A stretch of DNA of 48,121 bases, taken from the NCBI GenBank assembly GCA_035650735.1, contig DASRGZ010000052.1:1-48121 (forward strand). Reading direction: 5' to 3'. Under the pieces are notes generated by a model that did not search any database, was not told where the DNA came from, and was given only the letters and a program-made list of their open reading frames with translations. Below are positions 38,870 to 48,121 of this stretch, piece after piece. A program made the position numbers and the translations under genes. Numbering within the stretch: the first letter of the stretch is position 1; each line of letters begins with the position of its first letter. The DNA is from Chthonomonadaceae bacterium. GTDB taxonomy: Bacteria > Armatimonadota > Chthonomonadetes > Chthonomonadales > Chthonomonadaceae.

Positions 38870-39913
38870 ATGACCAATCCGACCGAACTGATCCGACAAC
38901 TCATTCAACTGCCCGGCCCTCCCGGCCAGGAAAACGCCGTGCGCAACTGGCTTGCCGAGCGCCTGCGCGCTCTGGACTTCAGGCCGACGACCGATCCAAA
39001 GGGCAACCTTTTTGTGCAGCTTGCCGGCACAGGAGCCTCACATCCCCCGATCCTTGTCACGGCGCACCTGGACGAGATCGCTCTGATGATCACCAAAATT
39101 GAGGACGACGGCAAAGTGCGCGTGGAAGCCGTCGGCGGCGCCTATCCCTGGAAGTGGGGCGAGGGGCCGGTGGAGATTTTGGCGCGCAGCGGCCCCGTGC
39201 CCGGTATTCTCTCGTTTGGGTGCATCCATACCAACTCTGACGCCAGCGTTGTCGAGCACGCCCGGCACCACCCGCTCAAATGGGAGCGCGCCTACGTGTT
39301 CACCGGCAAGAGTGGAGAAGAACTGGCGGCGGCGGGCGTGCGGCCCGGCCTGCGCGTGGTACTGTCGTCTTCGCGGCGCGTCGTCACCGAGATCGGCCCC
39401 TATCTCGGCTCCTACTTCCTGGATGACCGGGCCGATCTGGCCGTCTGGCTCATGGCCCTGGAGGCGTTGCGGCAGGAGGGAGGCCGTCTGCCCGGCAAGG
39501 TCACCTTCGCGGCGACGGCTTCCGAGGAGGTGGGCGCGGACGGCGCGCAGTATCTGCTGCGCACGCAGCCTGCCGATATCTGCGTGGCGCTTGAGATCGG
39601 ACCGAAGACGCCTGAGGCCGATTTTCCCATCGACTCCCAACCGACCATCTGGGTGCGCGATGGCTACGCGGCCATGGAGGCCCTCGATGGCGACATCCTG
39701 ACCGATTGCTGCGCTGAGTTGGGCCTGACGCCCCACTGGCAATATCTCTCGCGCGGCGGCAGCGACGCCTCCTGCGCCGCCAGCAAAGGGCTGACGGCCC
39801 GCCCCGTCACGCTGGGCCTGCCCGTGGAGAACTCGCACGGCTACGAGATCATGCACCGGGAGGCTCCCGCCGAGCTCGTCCGCCTGCTGCTGGCCTACCT
39901 GCGCCGGGCCTAA
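38870..39913 (+). CDS. M42 family metallopeptidase (M20/M25/M40 clan)
   Basis: AHLDEI, LDDR, SEEVG, GGSDA, SHGYE. Confidence 0.9.
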   Translation: MTNPTELIRQLIQLPGPPGQENAVRNWLAERLRALDFRPTTDPKGNLFVQLAGTGASHPPILVTAHLDEIALMITKIEDDGKVRVEAVGGAYPWKWGEGPVEILARSGPVPGILSFGCIHTNSDASVVEHARHHPLKWERAYVFTGKSGEELAAAGVRPGLRVVLSSSRRVVTEIGPYLGSYFLDDRADLAVWLMALEALRQEGGRLPGKVTFAATASEEVGADGAQYLLRTQPADICVALEIGPKTPEADFPIDSQPTIWVRDGYAAMEALDGDILTDCCAELGLTPHWQYLSRGGSDASCAASKGLTARPVTLGLPVENSHGYEIMHREAPAELVRLLLAYLRRA

Positions 39914-40086
39914 ACACCTACGCAGAGCAAAATCAGGTAGACACCCCCAATCGTGTGGATACATCTCAAAAGCGTGCGCTCCATGAGAAGCGTCAACACG
40001 GTTGGGAGGGATTACCCAAAATCATAAGTCTCTGAAAATGGAAATCTACGAAGTTAGGGTGAGGACGTGTTTAGGGCGACAGATCA

Positions 40087-41313
40087 TTACTGCGTGCGGC
40101 GTGCTTCCGTCTGCATGTGGGCCTGGCACTCCTGAGTCAGCTTGAGCGCCTGTGGGTTGTTCCTATCCTTCTCCTGAATGACGCGAAGGTGATTCAGGGC
40201 GCGCTGGTAGTCGTGATCGTCTATGTAGGTGCGAATCAGGCGCAGACGCGCCTCGGTGTCGTCCGGGGCGTTGAGCAGGCGGTTTTCCAACTGGCTGACA
40301 TTGCGGGCGATGGTTGCGCCGCGCTGGAACTCGGCCAGCGTTTTCTTGCCCTCTTTAGTGCGCCCCACGCGCATATACGCCTGCCCCAGATAGAGCCAGG
40401 CCTTGTGCTCGGTGATGCCCAGCTTTTGCGCCAGCTCCAGTTCCTTGATGGCTTTGGCCGCATCGTTACGCCGGAAGTAGAGGATGCCTAGCGCCAGGTG
40501 GACGCTCGGATTTTTAGGCACTTTGGCGACGACGCTGGTAAGCTCCTGCTCGGCCACAGCAAACGCCTCCGGACTGTTGGCCTGCTCGGCCAGCGCGCGC
40601 CCCAGCATATAGCGATTCTCCTGGTCGTCGGGGGTCAGCTGCGCCACGCGCCGGAAGGCCTCCTCCGCCTGCTTGAACCTGCCGAAGAAGATGTAGACGT
40701 TCCCCAGGGATTTGAGATAGCGCGGATTGTTCGGGTCGCGCTTTACGGCCCGCTCCAGAAGATCCATCTTCTTATCTTCCTGGAATAGTTCCCCATAGCA
40801 TTGCCCCAGCAGATACGCTGTCTCCGGGTCGTCCGGCTTTAACTTCAGCACGGCCTCAAACTCATCGGCTGCCTTGGCCCAGCGCTCATAGCGGCCATAG
40901 AGATTGCCCAGCGCAAAATGGGGCCACGCCTGCCTGGGATCGAGCGCGATGGCCTGTCTTAAGACCGCCTCCGCCTCGGCGGGATGGTCGGTACGGGCCA
41001 GCGCCAGGCCGAGGGCAGCGCGCGCAGCGGTCGAGTGGGGATTGAGCGCGGCAGAGCGGGCCAGAGCGTTCACCGCCTCCCGATGCCTCCCCGACTCCGT
41101 GAGCTTAGTGCCCAGAAAATAGTAGACCTCCGGGTCCCAATCGCGCTCTTTAGCCAGGCGCTGAAGCTCTTCCAGGGAGGCGCTCTGGAGATGCGCCTGG
41201 AATCGGGCATCGGCGCGCACGTTCCACCAGAGCGCCAGGCCCGTCGCCACCCCCACGCACCCTGCCAGGATAAAGACCCACAAAACGATCTTGCCGATTT
41301 TGTGGCGTATCAT
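40087..41313 (-). CDS. Membrane-anchored TPR protein
   Basis: N-terminal TM, multiple TPR motifs; translationally coupled to the CRTAC1 gene. Confidence 0.9.
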   Translation of the reverse strand: MIRHKIGKIVLWVFILAGCVGVATGLALWWNVRADARFQAHLQSASLEELQRLAKERDWDPEVYYFLGTKLTESGRHREAVNALARSAALNPHSTAARAALGLALARTDHPAEAEAVLRQAIALDPRQAWPHFALGNLYGRYERWAKAADEFEAVLKLKPDDPETAYLLGQCYGELFQEDKKMDLLERAVKRDPNNPRYLKSLGNVYIFFGRFKQAEEAFRRVAQLTPDDQENRYMLGRALAEQANSPEAFAVAEQELTSVVAKVPKNPSVHLALGILYFRRNDAAKAIKELELAQKLGITEHKAWLYLGQAYMRVGRTKEGKKTLAEFQRGATIARNVSQLENRLLNAPDDTEARLRLIRTYIDDHDYQRALNHLRVIQEKDRNNPQALKLTQECQAHMQTEARRTQ

Positions 41314-43010
41314 CACTTCTCCCCTCTCGCTGAAGGCATTATGCCACGATCCTCCTCCACCGTCAAAAATTGATCGGCGGGAACGTCCTTCACTATGGTT
41401 TTGTGGCCGCTCGGCCAGCGAATTTCGATGCGGTCGGCGCGCGCCGCCGTTCCCAATCCTAGGTGCGCCCGCACGTCGCTCGCCGACATGAAGCTGCCCG
41501 TCGTCGAAACGACCTGCCGCCACTTTTTGCCCCCCGCCTCCACCGTCAGATGCGCCCCGATGCCGTCGCGGTTGCTCTTTGTGCCCACCAGCTTGAGCGA
41601 CAGCCAGTGGTTGGGCGTCGGCGCCTGATTGTGCAGCAGCAGCGCATGGCCCTCGATGTCCACCACCAGCACATCCACGCGCCCATCGTTGTCCACATCG
41701 CCGACCGCCAGGCCCCGCCCGACGATGGGATGCAGGAGATCCGGCCCGCCCTCTTTGCTCGCTTCCACCAGCTTGCCGCCGCCTACGTTATGGAAAAGCT
41801 GCGTTGGCTGCGGATAGGTCGTGGTGCGATCTATCGTGGTGATATTGTCTATGGCGTGCCCGTTGGCGATGATGACGTCCGGCAGGCCGTCGTTGTCATA
41901 ATCGAAGAACTTGGCGCCGAACCCGACATAGTTGACGGTCGCCTGGCCGATGCCCGCCGTGAAGCAGACATCGGAGAACACGCCCGGCGCCGTTTCCGCG
42001 TAGAGGCTGGTCGGCTGGTGCTGATAGGTAGTAACGACGAGGGCCAGCTTGCCATCCTGGTTATAGTCGGCCCAGTCTATGCCCATGCCGGCGTGCGCGG
42101 TGGCGTTGGTATCGTAGGCCGTGCCGCTGGTCTCTCCGACGTTCTCAAAGAAGCCGCGCCCCTTGTTGTGATAGAGGTCGCCGGGAAGCTGGTCGTTGGC
42201 GACGGCGAGGTCTATCCAGCCGTCGCCATCATAGTCGGCAATGGCGACGCCGAGCGCGTTGCCGTGCGCGTCGGCCAGCCCGCGCTTGATGGTCTCATCG
42301 CGAAAGGTGCCGTTGCGGTTGTTGTGGTAGAGCGTGCCCTTTTCGGGGTCGTAGGTGGTCGGGCCGCAGGTAGACAGGTTCCCGGCGGTGGATTTGCAGT
42401 ACTTGACGCTGTTGGAATAGAACTTGACGTAGTGGGTGACGTAGAGATCGAGATATCCGTCGTTATCCACATCCACAAAGCAGGCGCTCGCGCCCCAGAG
42501 CTTGCTGGAGACGCCCGCCTGCTGGGTCACGTCGCGGAACCTGCCCCCGCCCTCGTTATGGTAGAGCGCGCATTCCCGGTAGCCGCTGATAAAGACATCC
42601 ATCTTGCCGTCGTTATCGTAGTCGCCGGTCGCAATGCCCTGCCACGCGCCGTTCTGGCGCAGCCCGCTTGCGGCGGTCACATCGGTGAACGTGCCGTTGT
42701 GATCGTTATGGTAGAGGGCGACTTTATTTGGGCCGACGAGCAGGACATCCAGCCAGCCGTCGTTATCGTAGTCGAAGAGGGCGCAGCCGTTGCCCAGCGT
42801 CTCCAGAATGGTCAGCGGGCTGCGCCCGCCGTGCCCCAGCGTGAAGTGGATTCCCGCCTGTGCGGAAATGTCCTTGAAGAGCGCCTTTTCCGCGGCCAAT
42901 GGCGCGGGTGGCGCCGTCGTCGTCGCCACCGTCTTCGCGCAGCCGCACAGGGCGAGCGCGGCTAGACCTATCGCTATCAGCAGAGGAAAGCGGAGCAAAA
43001 CGTGTCTCAT
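41313..43010 (-). CDS. CRTAC1 family (FG-GAP/VCBS repeats + ASPIC/UnbV), lipoprotein
   Basis: LCGC lipobox; DYDNDG repeats; SNRDGIGA..HLGLG..IRWPSG. Confidence 0.92.
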   Translation of the reverse strand: MRHVLLRFPLLIAIGLAALALCGCAKTVATTTAPPAPLAAEKALFKDISAQAGIHFTLGHGGRSPLTILETLGNGCALFDYDNDGWLDVLLVGPNKVALYHNDHNGTFTDVTAASGLRQNGAWQGIATGDYDNDGKMDVFISGYRECALYHNEGGGRFRDVTQQAGVSSKLWGASACFVDVDNDGYLDLYVTHYVKFYSNSVKYCKSTAGNLSTCGPTTYDPEKGTLYHNNRNGTFRDETIKRGLADAHGNALGVAIADYDGDGWIDLAVANDQLPGDLYHNKGRGFFENVGETSGTAYDTNATAHAGMGIDWADYNQDGKLALVVTTYQHQPTSLYAETAPGVFSDVCFTAGIGQATVNYVGFGAKFFDYDNDGLPDVIIANGHAIDNITTIDRTTTYPQPTQLFHNVGGGKLVEASKEGGPDLLHPIVGRGLAVGDVDNDGRVDVLVVDIEGHALLLHNQAPTPNHWLSLKLVGTKSNRDGIGAHLTVEAGGKKWRQVVSTTGSFMSASDVRAHLGLGTAARADRIEIRWPSGHKTIVKDVPADQFLTVEEDRGIMPSARGEK

Positions 43011-44779
43011 GGCTTGGCCTCCCGGCGCGGCGGGCGGAAGGTCTGCGGCTCCGGTTGGGAAGCGCCCTCCCGCAGAACATAGAACCCATCGGCGGGCAGT
43101 GGTCCGAACTGCTGGCGCAGGCCGGAGGGCCATAGCACTGTGATCTTCTCTACCGTCGTGGCGGCGCCCAGGCCGAAATGCAGGCGCGGGTCGTTGCAGG
43201 AGAGATAGCTGCCCCCATTGCGGACCTCGCGCAGCTGCTTGAGGCCACCCGCGGTGAGCGTCATCTGCGCCCCGATGGCGTCTCGGTTCGAGCGCGTGCC
43301 GATCAACAAGAAGCTCACAAAATGGCGGCCGGGATAGCCGCTGTTATGCAGGAGCACCGGCGGGCCGTCGTTGTTATTTACCAGGATATCCATATTGCCG
43401 TCGTTGTCGAGATCGCCGAAGGCCGCGCCCCGTCCGGCGTGCTTGAGTTGAAAGGCCGGGCCGGCCTGCTGCGTGGTCTCGCGGAACGTGCCGTCGCGCT
43501 CGTTGTGGAAGAGCTGGTTGTTCTGGAGATAGTGCTCGCCGGACGTGCCCTGCTCGACCTCCGGATAAACGTGGCCGTTGGCGACGAAGATGTCCAGCCA
43601 GCCATCGTTATCATAGTCGAAGAAGCCGGCCCCGAAGCCCAGCGTCGGGAAGGTCGGGTCGGCTATCTTGGCGGGCGTAGAGACCTCCTGGAAGAAGCCG
43701 TTGCCCAGGTTGCGCCAGAGATGGTCGGGCCGCTTGGAGAAGTCGGCGACGAAGAAGCCGGGCTTGCCCTCGTTACGATAGTCACCCAGGTCAATACCCA
43801 TCGCGGCCATCGTCGCGCCGTCCTGCGCGAAGGCTATCCCGGAGGCGGCGGCGATATTGGTAAACGTGCCGTTGCGGTTATTGCGCAGCAGCCACGCCTC
43901 CTCGCCATCGTTACCGACGATCAGATCGGGCCAGCCATCCTCATTGACATCGCAGGTGATGACGGAAAGCGCCTTGCCGTTGGTCATGGGAGGCACGTAA
44001 AGGCCGGCTTTCCTGGTGACGTTGGTGAAGGTGCCGTCGCCGTTGTTATGGTAGAGGAGGCTGGGCGTGCCGTCGTACATCTGCGGCGGGCAGTTGCTCA
44101 GGACGCCGTCGGGCAGCTTGCAGTAGCGCAGGCCCTCCTGCTTGAATTTGACATAGCTGCACACGAAGAGGTCGAGCTTGCCGTCGCGGTCGTAGTCAAA
44201 CCAGGCGCAGCCGGTATGGAACTGCCCGCCGAACTCGGTGCCCGGCACGCCGGCCTTGTCGGTTACATCGGTGAAGGTGCCGTCGCCGTTGTTATGGTAG
44301 AGGACGTTCTTGCCCCACTGGCAGACGTAGATGTCCGGGCGGCCGTCGTTGTCGTAGTCGGCGACGGCCACGCCCAGGCCGTAGCCGGTGCCCGGCACGC
44401 CGGCCCTGTCGGTCACGTCGGTGAAGGTGCCGTCGCCGTTGTTATGGTAGAGCGCGTTGCGCGTCTGGATGCCACGCCCGTAGAGGTCGCGCCCGTTGAG
44501 CAGATAGAGGTCGGGCCAGCCGTCGCCATCGTAGTCGAAGATCGCGCAGCCGGAGCCGGCCTCTTCCAGAATGGTGGCGATCCCCTTGCGGTTATTCTCA
44601 TAGCGAAAGGCGAGGCCCGCCTGGGGCGCGACATCCGTGAAGCTGGCCGGGAGGAGCGGAGCGGACGGGGCGCCGGAGGCAGCAGGAACGGACGGGGCAT
44701 GGCGTGAGGCCGCGCGCGACCAGAGGAACGCGCCCAGCAGAGCCAGAAAGACCAGGACCAACAGGATATGATAGCGCAT
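43007..44779 (-). CDS. CRTAC1 family (FG-GAP/VCBS repeats + ASPIC/UnbV)
   Basis: DYDGDG/DYDNDG repeats; SNRDAIGA..GGSYLS..LHFGLG..WPSG. Confidence 0.93.
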   Translation of the reverse strand: MRYHILLVLVFLALLGAFLWSRAASRHAPSVPAASGAPSAPLLPASFTDVAPQAGLAFRYENNRKGIATILEEAGSGCAIFDYDGDGWPDLYLLNGRDLYGRGIQTRNALYHNNGDGTFTDVTDRAGVPGTGYGLGVAVADYDNDGRPDIYVCQWGKNVLYHNNGDGTFTDVTDKAGVPGTEFGGQFHTGCAWFDYDRDGKLDLFVCSYVKFKQEGLRYCKLPDGVLSNCPPQMYDGTPSLLYHNNGDGTFTNVTRKAGLYVPPMTNGKALSVITCDVNEDGWPDLIVGNDGEEAWLLRNNRNGTFTNIAAASGIAFAQDGATMAAMGIDLGDYRNEGKPGFFVADFSKRPDHLWRNLGNGFFQEVSTPAKIADPTFPTLGFGAGFFDYDNDGWLDIFVANGHVYPEVEQGTSGEHYLQNNQLFHNERDGTFRETTQQAGPAFQLKHAGRGAAFGDLDNDGNMDILVNNNDGPPVLLHNSGYPGRHFVSFLLIGTRSNRDAIGAQMTLTAGGLKQLREVRNGGSYLSCNDPRLHFGLGAATTVEKITVLWPSGLRQQFGPLPADGFYVLREGASQPEPQTFRPPRREAKP

Positions 44780-44899
44780 TCAACCTTAACTCCAGCAGAA
44801 TAGCCGGCAACGTCGGGACGCTCCCATCCCTCCAGGATTACGCAGCAGAATAGAGCGTAAATCATTTCGCTTTTGCTACCCAAAATCCTTCCGCTTGAG

Positions 44900-46003
44900 T
44901 TAATAGGGATAAGTTGCTGCGCCGACCGCAACGGTGGGCCGATAGATCGACCTATCGGGATGAGGCGCCGGGGCGGGAGCCTGATTGGACGACAGGGAGG
45001 CGGTCTCTCCATCGGTGGAGGCGGGCGCGTCGGTATTGGCGGAGGCCACTGCCGCCTCGGGAATAGCGCCGCTATCCAGGCGCCGCTTAAGAGCCGCCAG
45101 CTTGCCGGCATTGCGCTCTCGGAACAGCGCGGCATCCATCATGTCCCAATCTACCGGCAGGCCCATGCCAATCGGATACAGCATATCGCCGAGATACTGT
45201 TTGCCGGCCCGCTTCTCCCACCCGCCATAAGATTGCCAGGCTTCTCCGAGCTCCATTTCCAGGCTGGTATCGCCATTCCAGCGCGTATCCCACAGGGGAA
45301 TGTGCTTGAACGCATCGCTATTGCCGGTCAACCGCTTCCAATCGCGGTCTTTGGCGTAGATAACGGGGGGCAGCCCGGCGCGCTTGATGGCCGTCACAGC
45401 CTCCCGAATGCGCTGTACTCGCGCCTGGGGCGACATGCGCCCTTTATAGCGCGGCTCGACATCCACGGCCAGAAACGCCAGGGCATCGCGCATCGGGCCG
45501 ATTGCTTCCAACGCCTGCTGCACCTGCCAGCCGCCGGTCTGGCTGGCCGGCGCTCCCGGCAGGTGGGCGTCATTGTCGAAATTGAGGAAGCAGTAGGCGG
45601 CGACCTTCATGCCTGCCTGAAAGGCCATCTGCAACTGGGCCTGCGCGTACTGGTTCTGCCGGCGTCCTCCCCAGGCCCCCACGATCACGAAATCGCAGCC
45701 GGAAGCTTTCAGCACCTGCCAGGATGCCGGCTCCGGCAGACGGGCCGACCGGGAGATATCCACCCCTTGCAGCACGGCAGGCTCTACCGGGGCAATCGGT
45801 TGGGCCGGCGCGGCCTCGGTTTCTATGCTGGCAGCCGTGGGAACCGGCTGGATGGAAGAGGGAGAGTCAGAACCTGGAGTCTCGGCCACGGAGGCGAGCT
45901 GGCTGCTATTAGCGGGAGGCGCGGTAAGGTAGGGATACAGAACCAGGCTCAACGCCGTGGCGCAGAGCGTGCCGAGAAGAGGCTTCCAACAGTTGCGTCG
46001 CAA
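44900..46003 (-). CDS. Secreted GH25 (lysozyme-like) glycoside hydrolase
   Basis: Signal/TM, GVDIS, AAYCF, LAVDVE (DxE), PVIY, PLW, KQY, VDWD. Confidence 0.75.
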   Translation of the reverse strand: MRRNCWKPLLGTLCATALSLVLYPYLTAPPANSSQLASVAETPGSDSPSSIQPVPTAASIETEAAPAQPIAPVEPAVLQGVDISRSARLPEPASWQVLKASGCDFVIVGAWGGRRQNQYAQAQLQMAFQAGMKVAAYCFLNFDNDAHLPGAPASQTGGWQVQQALEAIGPMRDALAFLAVDVEPRYKGRMSPQARVQRIREAVTAIKRAGLPPVIYAKDRDWKRLTGNSDAFKHIPLWDTRWNGDTSLEMELGEAWQSYGGWEKRAGKQYLGDMLYPIGMGLPVDWDMMDAALFRERNAGKLAALKRRLDSGAIPEAAVASANTDAPASTDGETASLSSNQAPAPAPHPDRSIYRPTVAVGAATYPY

Positions 46004-46612
46004 ATTGCTTCCTTTCTGCCGTCGTGCAACGGCTGCGGTCGGCCAGAGAAAACGAAAGGGTCTGGGAGGCTCGAAGCATACCGGAACGCGCGCAGAGGCA
46101 CGCGAAGGGTTTTGTGATGACGTGCCGCCGGGGCACGGAAAAACGTCAGCGCGAACAGAGCAGGGAAATATCCGGCAAGCGGCCAGCGAGGGCGCAAGGA
46201 AGCGCAGACGAGCGCTTCTTGCGCTCGCTCAATCCAGCAGAATACGCTATCGCGGAGAAACTGCGCTAACGGAGGGACTTACGGAGTTGTACTGACTAGC
46301 CAGGTATCTGCCGCAAGGTCTCGCCCGCGGCGGGGCGGCGAGAGGAAACAGAGAAAGCGCGACTTACGGATGTCCTCCACACAACTTACAGGTTACTGCA
46401 ATATCTATTTTACAAGCAAAAAAGCCTTCTGTGTTCCTGGAGGCAGGGAATTTCGCAAAAATTTGGTGACAAATAGCTTTTAATTGCCTGGCAGTGACGG
46501 TGCCGGGCGTGCGTTTGGCAGGGCGCTGGCACTCCGGCGCGCTTCCTGCGTAAAATTCATGGGGAGGGTACGATCTCTCTGCGGTGATCGGGGTTTCGGG
46601 GGTAAGAGACGG

Positions 46613-47488
46613 ATGAAGGCTGGCCGATTGAGTTGGATGGCGCTGGGGCTAATCTGCGTTATAGAGTTGGCTGCGATGGGAACGCTGCCGGAGCCTGCAA
46701 CGCTCCGGGCCGCTCCCGCTGCCGGGCCTGACCGGGGCACGCTGCCCACGCTCACGCCCATCGAGGAGGCCATTGTGCGCCAGCCGTTCGCCTCCAGGAC
46801 GGCACGCCTCCGCATGCGGCGCGCGCTCAAGGCGCCATCGCGCGAGGAACTGGAGCGGCAGCAGGGGCGGGGCGATATGGAATGGGCCATCCCGGATCGC
46901 CAGTACTGGCGGCGAATCCCCTCTGCGGCCCGTCATATCCTAGCCGATTGGTCTGGCCTGCCTGCGGTACGCTTCACCAACACGGAGATTGACGGAGAGC
47001 GGCAGGTCGCGCTATATCAGGGGCCGGAGTACGACCAGTGGCTTTTGCACGACGCCTACCATCATCTGTGGGCTTGTATCAGTGTCCACCGGGCCACGCG
47101 ACGGGTCTATTTCTTCGAGATGGCCCCTCGACCCAACAGGCAATGGCGCCTGCGCGTTGCCGAGGATAACTGCTACTCCTGTCATCCGAGCGGGCCGCGC
47201 GTAATCCGTCCGTTTGCAACACGGGGGCTGGACCGCTTCACGCTGGCCCGCTTCAATCGACTGATCCTCTCCTATCACGCCTGCGATTTTGGGCAGAGTA
47301 TCAATCTCCGGCTGCGCGGCAAACCTATCCGTGATGCGCGCTGCGTTGGCTGTCACGATGGCGTCCAACGGGGCCGATTGTATGCAATACATCGCCGGGC
47401 GATCCGCTTCAAAACCGGGCTGGAGCGAACCATGCCGCCGACCGTCTCCCAATTGGGGATCGATTCTCTTCCAGCGCAAACGCGATAG
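46613..47488 (+). CDS. Secreted protein with two CxxCH motifs (putative di-heme c cytochrome)
   Basis: Signal peptide; CYSCH and CVGCH; terminal TMPP (possible Met ligand). Confidence 0.7.
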   Translation: MKAGRLSWMALGLICVIELAAMGTLPEPATLRAAPAAGPDRGTLPTLTPIEEAIVRQPFASRTARLRMRRALKAPSREELERQQGRGDMEWAIPDRQYWRRIPSAARHILADWSGLPAVRFTNTEIDGERQVALYQGPEYDQWLLHDAYHHLWACISVHRATRRVYFFEMAPRPNRQWRLRVAEDNCYSCHPSGPRVIRPFATRGLDRFTLARFNRLILSYHACDFGQSINLRLRGKPIRDARCVGCHDGVQRGRLYAIHRRAIRFKTGLERTMPPTVSQLGIDSLPAQTR

Positions 47489-47525
47489 CCTGCTCCCATG
47501 AGAGCGCACGGCCTGCGGTGAAGGC
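47409..47525 (-). pseudogene. Isolated C-terminal remnant of an NTPase-TPR regulator
   Basis: AFTAGRALSWEQAIAFALEE resembles the terminal motif of BTAD/cyclase-NTPase-TPR proteins; no upstream gene body. Confidence 0.6.
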
Positions 47526-47702
47526 GGGTGGCCGGTAGTATACCCTGTTTTCAGTCTCTCTATCCGCACCCAAGATCACAACTATAACGAGTCCGGAGCC
47601 TCCAAAAGCCTGGCATCGTGGGGCAGGAGTCGGCAGACCGGTTGGCGAAAGCAAGATGAACTCCGATTGTTCATCGTGGTTGATGTCTTTCCGAGGTAAG
47701 TC

Positions 47703-48121
47703 ATGCCCCTGCCCACCGGAATCGTCACCTTTCTCTTCACCGATATAGAAGGCTCTACGCGCCTCTGGGAGCAGCACCCGGAGGCCATGCGCTCGGCCCT
47801 CGCCCGCCACGATGCCCTCCTGCGCTCTGCCATCGAGAGCTATAACGGGGTGGTGTTCAAGACGGTCGGGGATGCTTTCTGTGCTGCCTTCTCCACGGCT
47901 CCGGAGGCGCTGGCTGCTGCCCTTGCCGCCCAGCAAGCCCTTCATGCCCAGGACTGGACTGACGTTGGCGGGATACGCGCGCGTATGGCCCTGCACACCG
48001 GCAACGCCGAGGAACGCGACGGTGACTACTTCGGACAGCCCCTCAACCGCGTGGCCCGTCTCCTTGCCATTGGGCATGGGGGGCAGGTTCTACTCTCGGC
48101 GGCTACGCAAACCCTGGTCCT
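47703..48121 (+). CDS. Class III adenylate/guanylate cyclase domain protein, runs off the window end
   Basis: Manual translation MPLPTGIVTFLFTDIEGSTRLWE..FKTVGDAFCAAF..RMALHTG..DYFGQPLNRVARL..GHGGQVLLS. Confidence 0.93.
   Translation, partial: MPLPTGIVTFLFTDIEGSTRLWEQHPEAMRSALARHDALLRSAIESYNGVVFKTVGDAFCAAFSTAPEALAAALAAQQALHAQDWTDVGGIRARMALHTGNAEERDGDYFGQPLNRVARLLAIGHGGQVLLSAATQTLV

Noticed and set aside
39909..40076. cctaaacac/gtgtttagg inverted pair around a lower-GC spacer as a MITE
   Set aside because: Only ~9 bp, no target duplication, no second copy in the window
40087..44779. CRTAC1 pair + TPR gene as a novel system
   Set aside because: A commonly seen arrangement with nothing atypical here

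Overview
High-GC bacterial chromosomal segment; the paralog families and intergenic repeats suggest Armatimonadota (inference only). It carries about 40 genes: class II aldolase, sucD, hpnJ/hpnK hopanoid genes, GNATs, a polyol/sugar-phosphate operon (class II aldolase/adducin, long Zn-dehydrogenase, srlD-like SDR), an orphan selA, a dnaK-grpE-dnaJ(cbpA)-cbpM/hspR-like operon with a HAIR-like operator, an M42 peptidase, a CRTAC1 pair with a TPR gene, a GH25-like hydrolase and a truncated adenylate-cyclase-domain gene. The unusual content is mobile or repetitive. (1) An IS200/IS605 element (6402-7935) has a tnpB with all three RuvC acidic residues and an internally deleted 49-aa tnpA, and its two flanks come from different genes. 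(2) GxxExxY nuclease-like genes are bracketed by arrays of 9-10-nt repeats; the complete copy has ~40-bp inverted arms. (3) Intergenic spaces are built from nested repeats: a ~45-nt hairpin with covarying stems that inserts into itself and other repeats, a purine/pyrimidine REP-like family, three distinct MITEs and a G-rich heptamer tract. No CRISPR array, rRNA or tRNA was seen. All calls come from reading the sequence; no database search was run.
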